From Gekko japonicus (lineage: Eukaryota), in the NCBI RefSeq assembly GCF_001447785.1, contig NW_015177041.1, positions 289,426-353,425 of the forward strand: a stretch of DNA of 64,000 nt, written 5' to 3'. Positions 61,066 to 64,000 of the stretch are shown piece after piece. How positions within the stretch are numbered: the first letter of the stretch is position 1; every line of letters begins with the position of its first letter. Position numbers and translations under genes: made by a program. The notes under the pieces are model-generated. The model worked only from the letters and a program-made list of their open reading frames with translations, did not search any database and had not been told where the DNA came from.

Positions 61066-63042
61066 CTTCGGCTGGTTCCACAAGGATGTTTTGCAGCTTT
61101 CTCACAGCAATGCTCTTTTCAGGAGCATCTAGTTAAATGTCAACCTTCTGTTCCTCCTGCTTCTGTATTTCCAACTGCTTTGTTGCAATCCCTCTCAGAG
61201 ACCTGGTTTGGTACAAAGCGGTCTGAGTAATTTCATATGCCATGTTGATAGGAAAGTGTGCTTTTCTGCTGGCCTCGTGCATGGCCATGCCATTCTGCTG
61301 GCCTCACCCACTGCGGCCATTTCCCTCACCCCACTGGGGGGCTTTTAAAAAACTGGGAATTGCTAGATTGCTGAAGCATTGTAACAATCTATGGCAACAG
61401 GACTAGTTCCCAGCTTTCATTTAAAAAAGAAACATACATCTCTCTAGCCCATTTTGTTGCAGAGTTTCCCCATTTAAAACTCCAGTTTTGTTGCAGACAC
61501 ATTTCCCCTTAAAACTCTGCAACGAAAAGGGTTGGAGACCTTTTTTTTTTAAAGAAAATATGGGAAGTAGTAAATCATGGGCATGGAGATATTGAGATAT
61601 TGCAGTTTCCTTTTTTTTGGCAAAGCCCTCATGTGAAAGGGGGCTGGTGGAACATGATGCTGAGGCAATGGGAATGTATTGAAAACTGATCTATGGACGC
61701 TCCCTTGCCCCTACAAATGCCTCTGCGTCTGTTGCACCAGTGACAGACACCTGGAGAATCATCTCCCCCCACCCAAAGTGAGAGCCACCTCCCATAGTGA
61801 GGACCGACCATCCCCTTGCCAATGGCCACCTGCATGGATCAGTTCAGACTGAGGCGCATGAACTTTCCTGTGTTCCGTAGCTACAATCACCGACATGTTT
61901 TGATTGTTTTAATGATGCATTGTCATTCTTTTTGGTTGGTTTTAAAATGTGATTTTATCATGTATGTTGCAATTTGTTAGCTGCCTCAGTGGCCTTTGTG
62001 AGGGCAGAAAGGTGGGATATAAATTTTGCAAAATAAAGAAATGAATAAAGAAGATGGTTGGAGCCCAAACCTCTGTGGTCTTGTTAACTGATCTTGGGAA
62101 CTTCCCATAGATGAATGGCAGAACACTCGCTTTGCAGGCGAGGAGGATGCCTGGCCTAGTCCCGGGCATCTCGAGGCACAGGACCACAGGCAGGGGAGCT
62201 GCAGAAGACCGTGGACAGGTGGACTCATGGTCCAGCTCTGACTAAGGAGGCTGCTGGTATCCATAGCCGGCTATTCTGCTTACACCATTTTTTCACACTC
62301 CCATTTTCTTATGTATCTCCCGCAGGTTGGAGCGTGGGTTCAATTGACATTTAGTGGACAACAATCTTCTCAGTGAGGGATATATAATGATGAACAGAGT
62401 TCCCCCTATCCTCACCAGCATGCCTCTGCTGCCACGGCACGGGAGCCCAGCCACAAAAGAGCGGGCAGCTCCTTTACTCAGTGGTGAGGGAAATGCTCTC
62501 AGCCCTGTTTTTTTTTCCTTCTTGCTCTGGGAATGGGAGCTGGGGCGAGAGGGGCTCCTCCCAGGTGAGCTGTTTTGCTCATCTTTGTTTGCATCCTGCC
62601 ATTACCTCTTCATGACCAAGAAGGCCTTTAAATGCAGCAAGAAGTAGCTGTACCCCTTTGGAGTTCCCTCCCCCATCCCATTTCTACTCTGATTCTCTCA
62701 CAGAAGGGGATTCTGGATATGGGGGCGGGGGAGGCAGCTTGCCCTTGGTGGTGGTTGGCCAGGCCACCTTCTGATCTTTCTCTCTAAAGCTTTGTGTGGC
62801 TGTGTGGCTGGACAGGCTAATGTCAAGCCTGAGAAAGAAGGGAACATCTTCCGGCTATGCTCCTGCAGAGTGCAGGGGGTTGGACTAGATGAACTGCAAG
62901 GTCCCTTCCAACTCTAACATTCTATGATCCTAAACCTGGGAAGGGACAGCTAGATAGGAGACAACAGAACTGGCACGTGCCACCCAGGGGGTAAGTGAGG
63001 CAGGGTTAGGGGTCCTCCCCGGCCATCAGCAAATGGTGGGGG

Positions 63043-63331
63043 TGGTGTAGTGTAGTGGTTTGGCGTCGTGGTTAAGTGCACGGACTCTAACCTGGGAGAA
63101 CCGGGTTTGATTCCCCACTCCTCCACTTGCACCTGGCTGGATGACCATGGGCAAGCCGTAGTTCTGATAAGAGCTGTTCTCTCAAGGACAGTTCTGGAAA
63201 GAGCTCTCTCAGCCCTGCCTACCTCACAGGGTGTCTGTTGTGGGGAGGGGAAGGGAAAGGAGTTTGTAAGCCGCTCTGAGACTCCGAGTGAAGGGCGGGG
63301 TATAAATCCAATCTCTTCCTCCTTCTTCTTC
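63043..63331 (+). mobile_element. Squam3-type SINE (long variant)
   Basis: GTGGTTAAGTGCACGGACTCTAACCTGGGAGAACCGGGTTTGATTCCCC head; (CTT)n tail. Confidence 0.9.
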
Positions 63332-63332
63332 T

Positions 63333-63530
63333 GTTGCCAGATCCAGGTTGAGAAACTCTGGAGATTTGGGGGTGGAGCCTGGGGAGGACAGGGACCTCAG
63401 TGGGGTACAATGCCACAGAGCCCACCCTCCCAAAGATCCCTTTTCTCCAGGGGGAACTGGTTTCTGTGGTCTGGTGATGGGCTGTAATTCTGGGGGATCC
63501 CCAGGTCCCACTTGGGGCCTGGCATCTCTA
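63333..63530. mobile_element. hAT-type MITE remnant (GTTGCCA...TGGCATCTCTA ends)
   Basis: Termini resemble family B TIRs; no clear TSD. Confidence 0.5.
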
Positions 63531-64000
63531 GGCAGCATGCCTGCTCTAACTGAAAAGAAAAGCCAGAGAACAGACAAGAGGGGTCTGGCCAAGCTGCAGG
63601 GTACCATGGGGACTTGGTTGCTTCTAACAGGGCCATCCTGACCGCCAGGGTTGAAAGGGCTTAAGGAGCCAACTCAAGAGTTGCACTGAGTGACATATCC
63701 AGGAATCAGGCAGGTGGCAAGCTGCTGGCAGTACACCAGTCTACCTGCTACATCAGCATGGAAGAGGGTGGGCCCCAGAGCATGATGGGAGTTAGCCCAT
63801 TCCCTGCACCTCTCCAGCCTGGCAGTGCCCCCCCCCCCGAGTTTGGTGTAAAGTTATCCCTGCAAAATTAATGGCAATTTATTTTTTAATTTATTCTTAG
63901 ATTTGTATCCCGCCCTCCCAACGGCTCAGGGCGGCTAACATACGGCAAAGTCGGGTTGAATAGATAAAATACAATAAAACAAAACAGCGTTAAAACAACC

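Overview
Vertebrate genomic DNA, very GC-rich, with poly-G/C runs and ten N-gaps. The repeat content (Squam3-type and Sauria SINEs, BovB, CR1, L2, hAT MITEs) indicates a squamate reptile, most likely a gecko. The window holds the conserved block PCSK7 (+, 5'-truncated by the window edge; 15 coding exons, 1..17467), TAGLN/SM22-alpha (-, complete 201-aa CDS, 19634..21916, with non-coding exon 1 and CArG promoter at ~25.35-25.61 kb), SIDT2 (-, 25 traceable constitutive exons, 30367..46904; exon 1 probably in the 47046-47469 gap) and PAFAH1B2 (-, complete 229-aa CDS, 51924..54622, CpG-island promoter). Order and orientation match human 11q23. Almost all six-frame ORFs are GC-rich noise. I found no prokaryote-type or wholly new multigene system. 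The most notable signals are: a 12-nt UGC-flanked microexon and a 48-nt cassette exon in the SIDT2 cytosolic loop; a 732-bp internally deleted L1-derived element with a 13-bp TSD; a six-copy hAT MITE family with GTnnnnAC-type TSDs; abutting convergent poly(A) signals of PCSK7 and TAGLN; and two apparent gene lesions (PCSK7 TM segment, SIDT2 penultimate donor) that may be assembly errors. Comparisons to human/mouse proteins and repeat families are from memory, not database searches.
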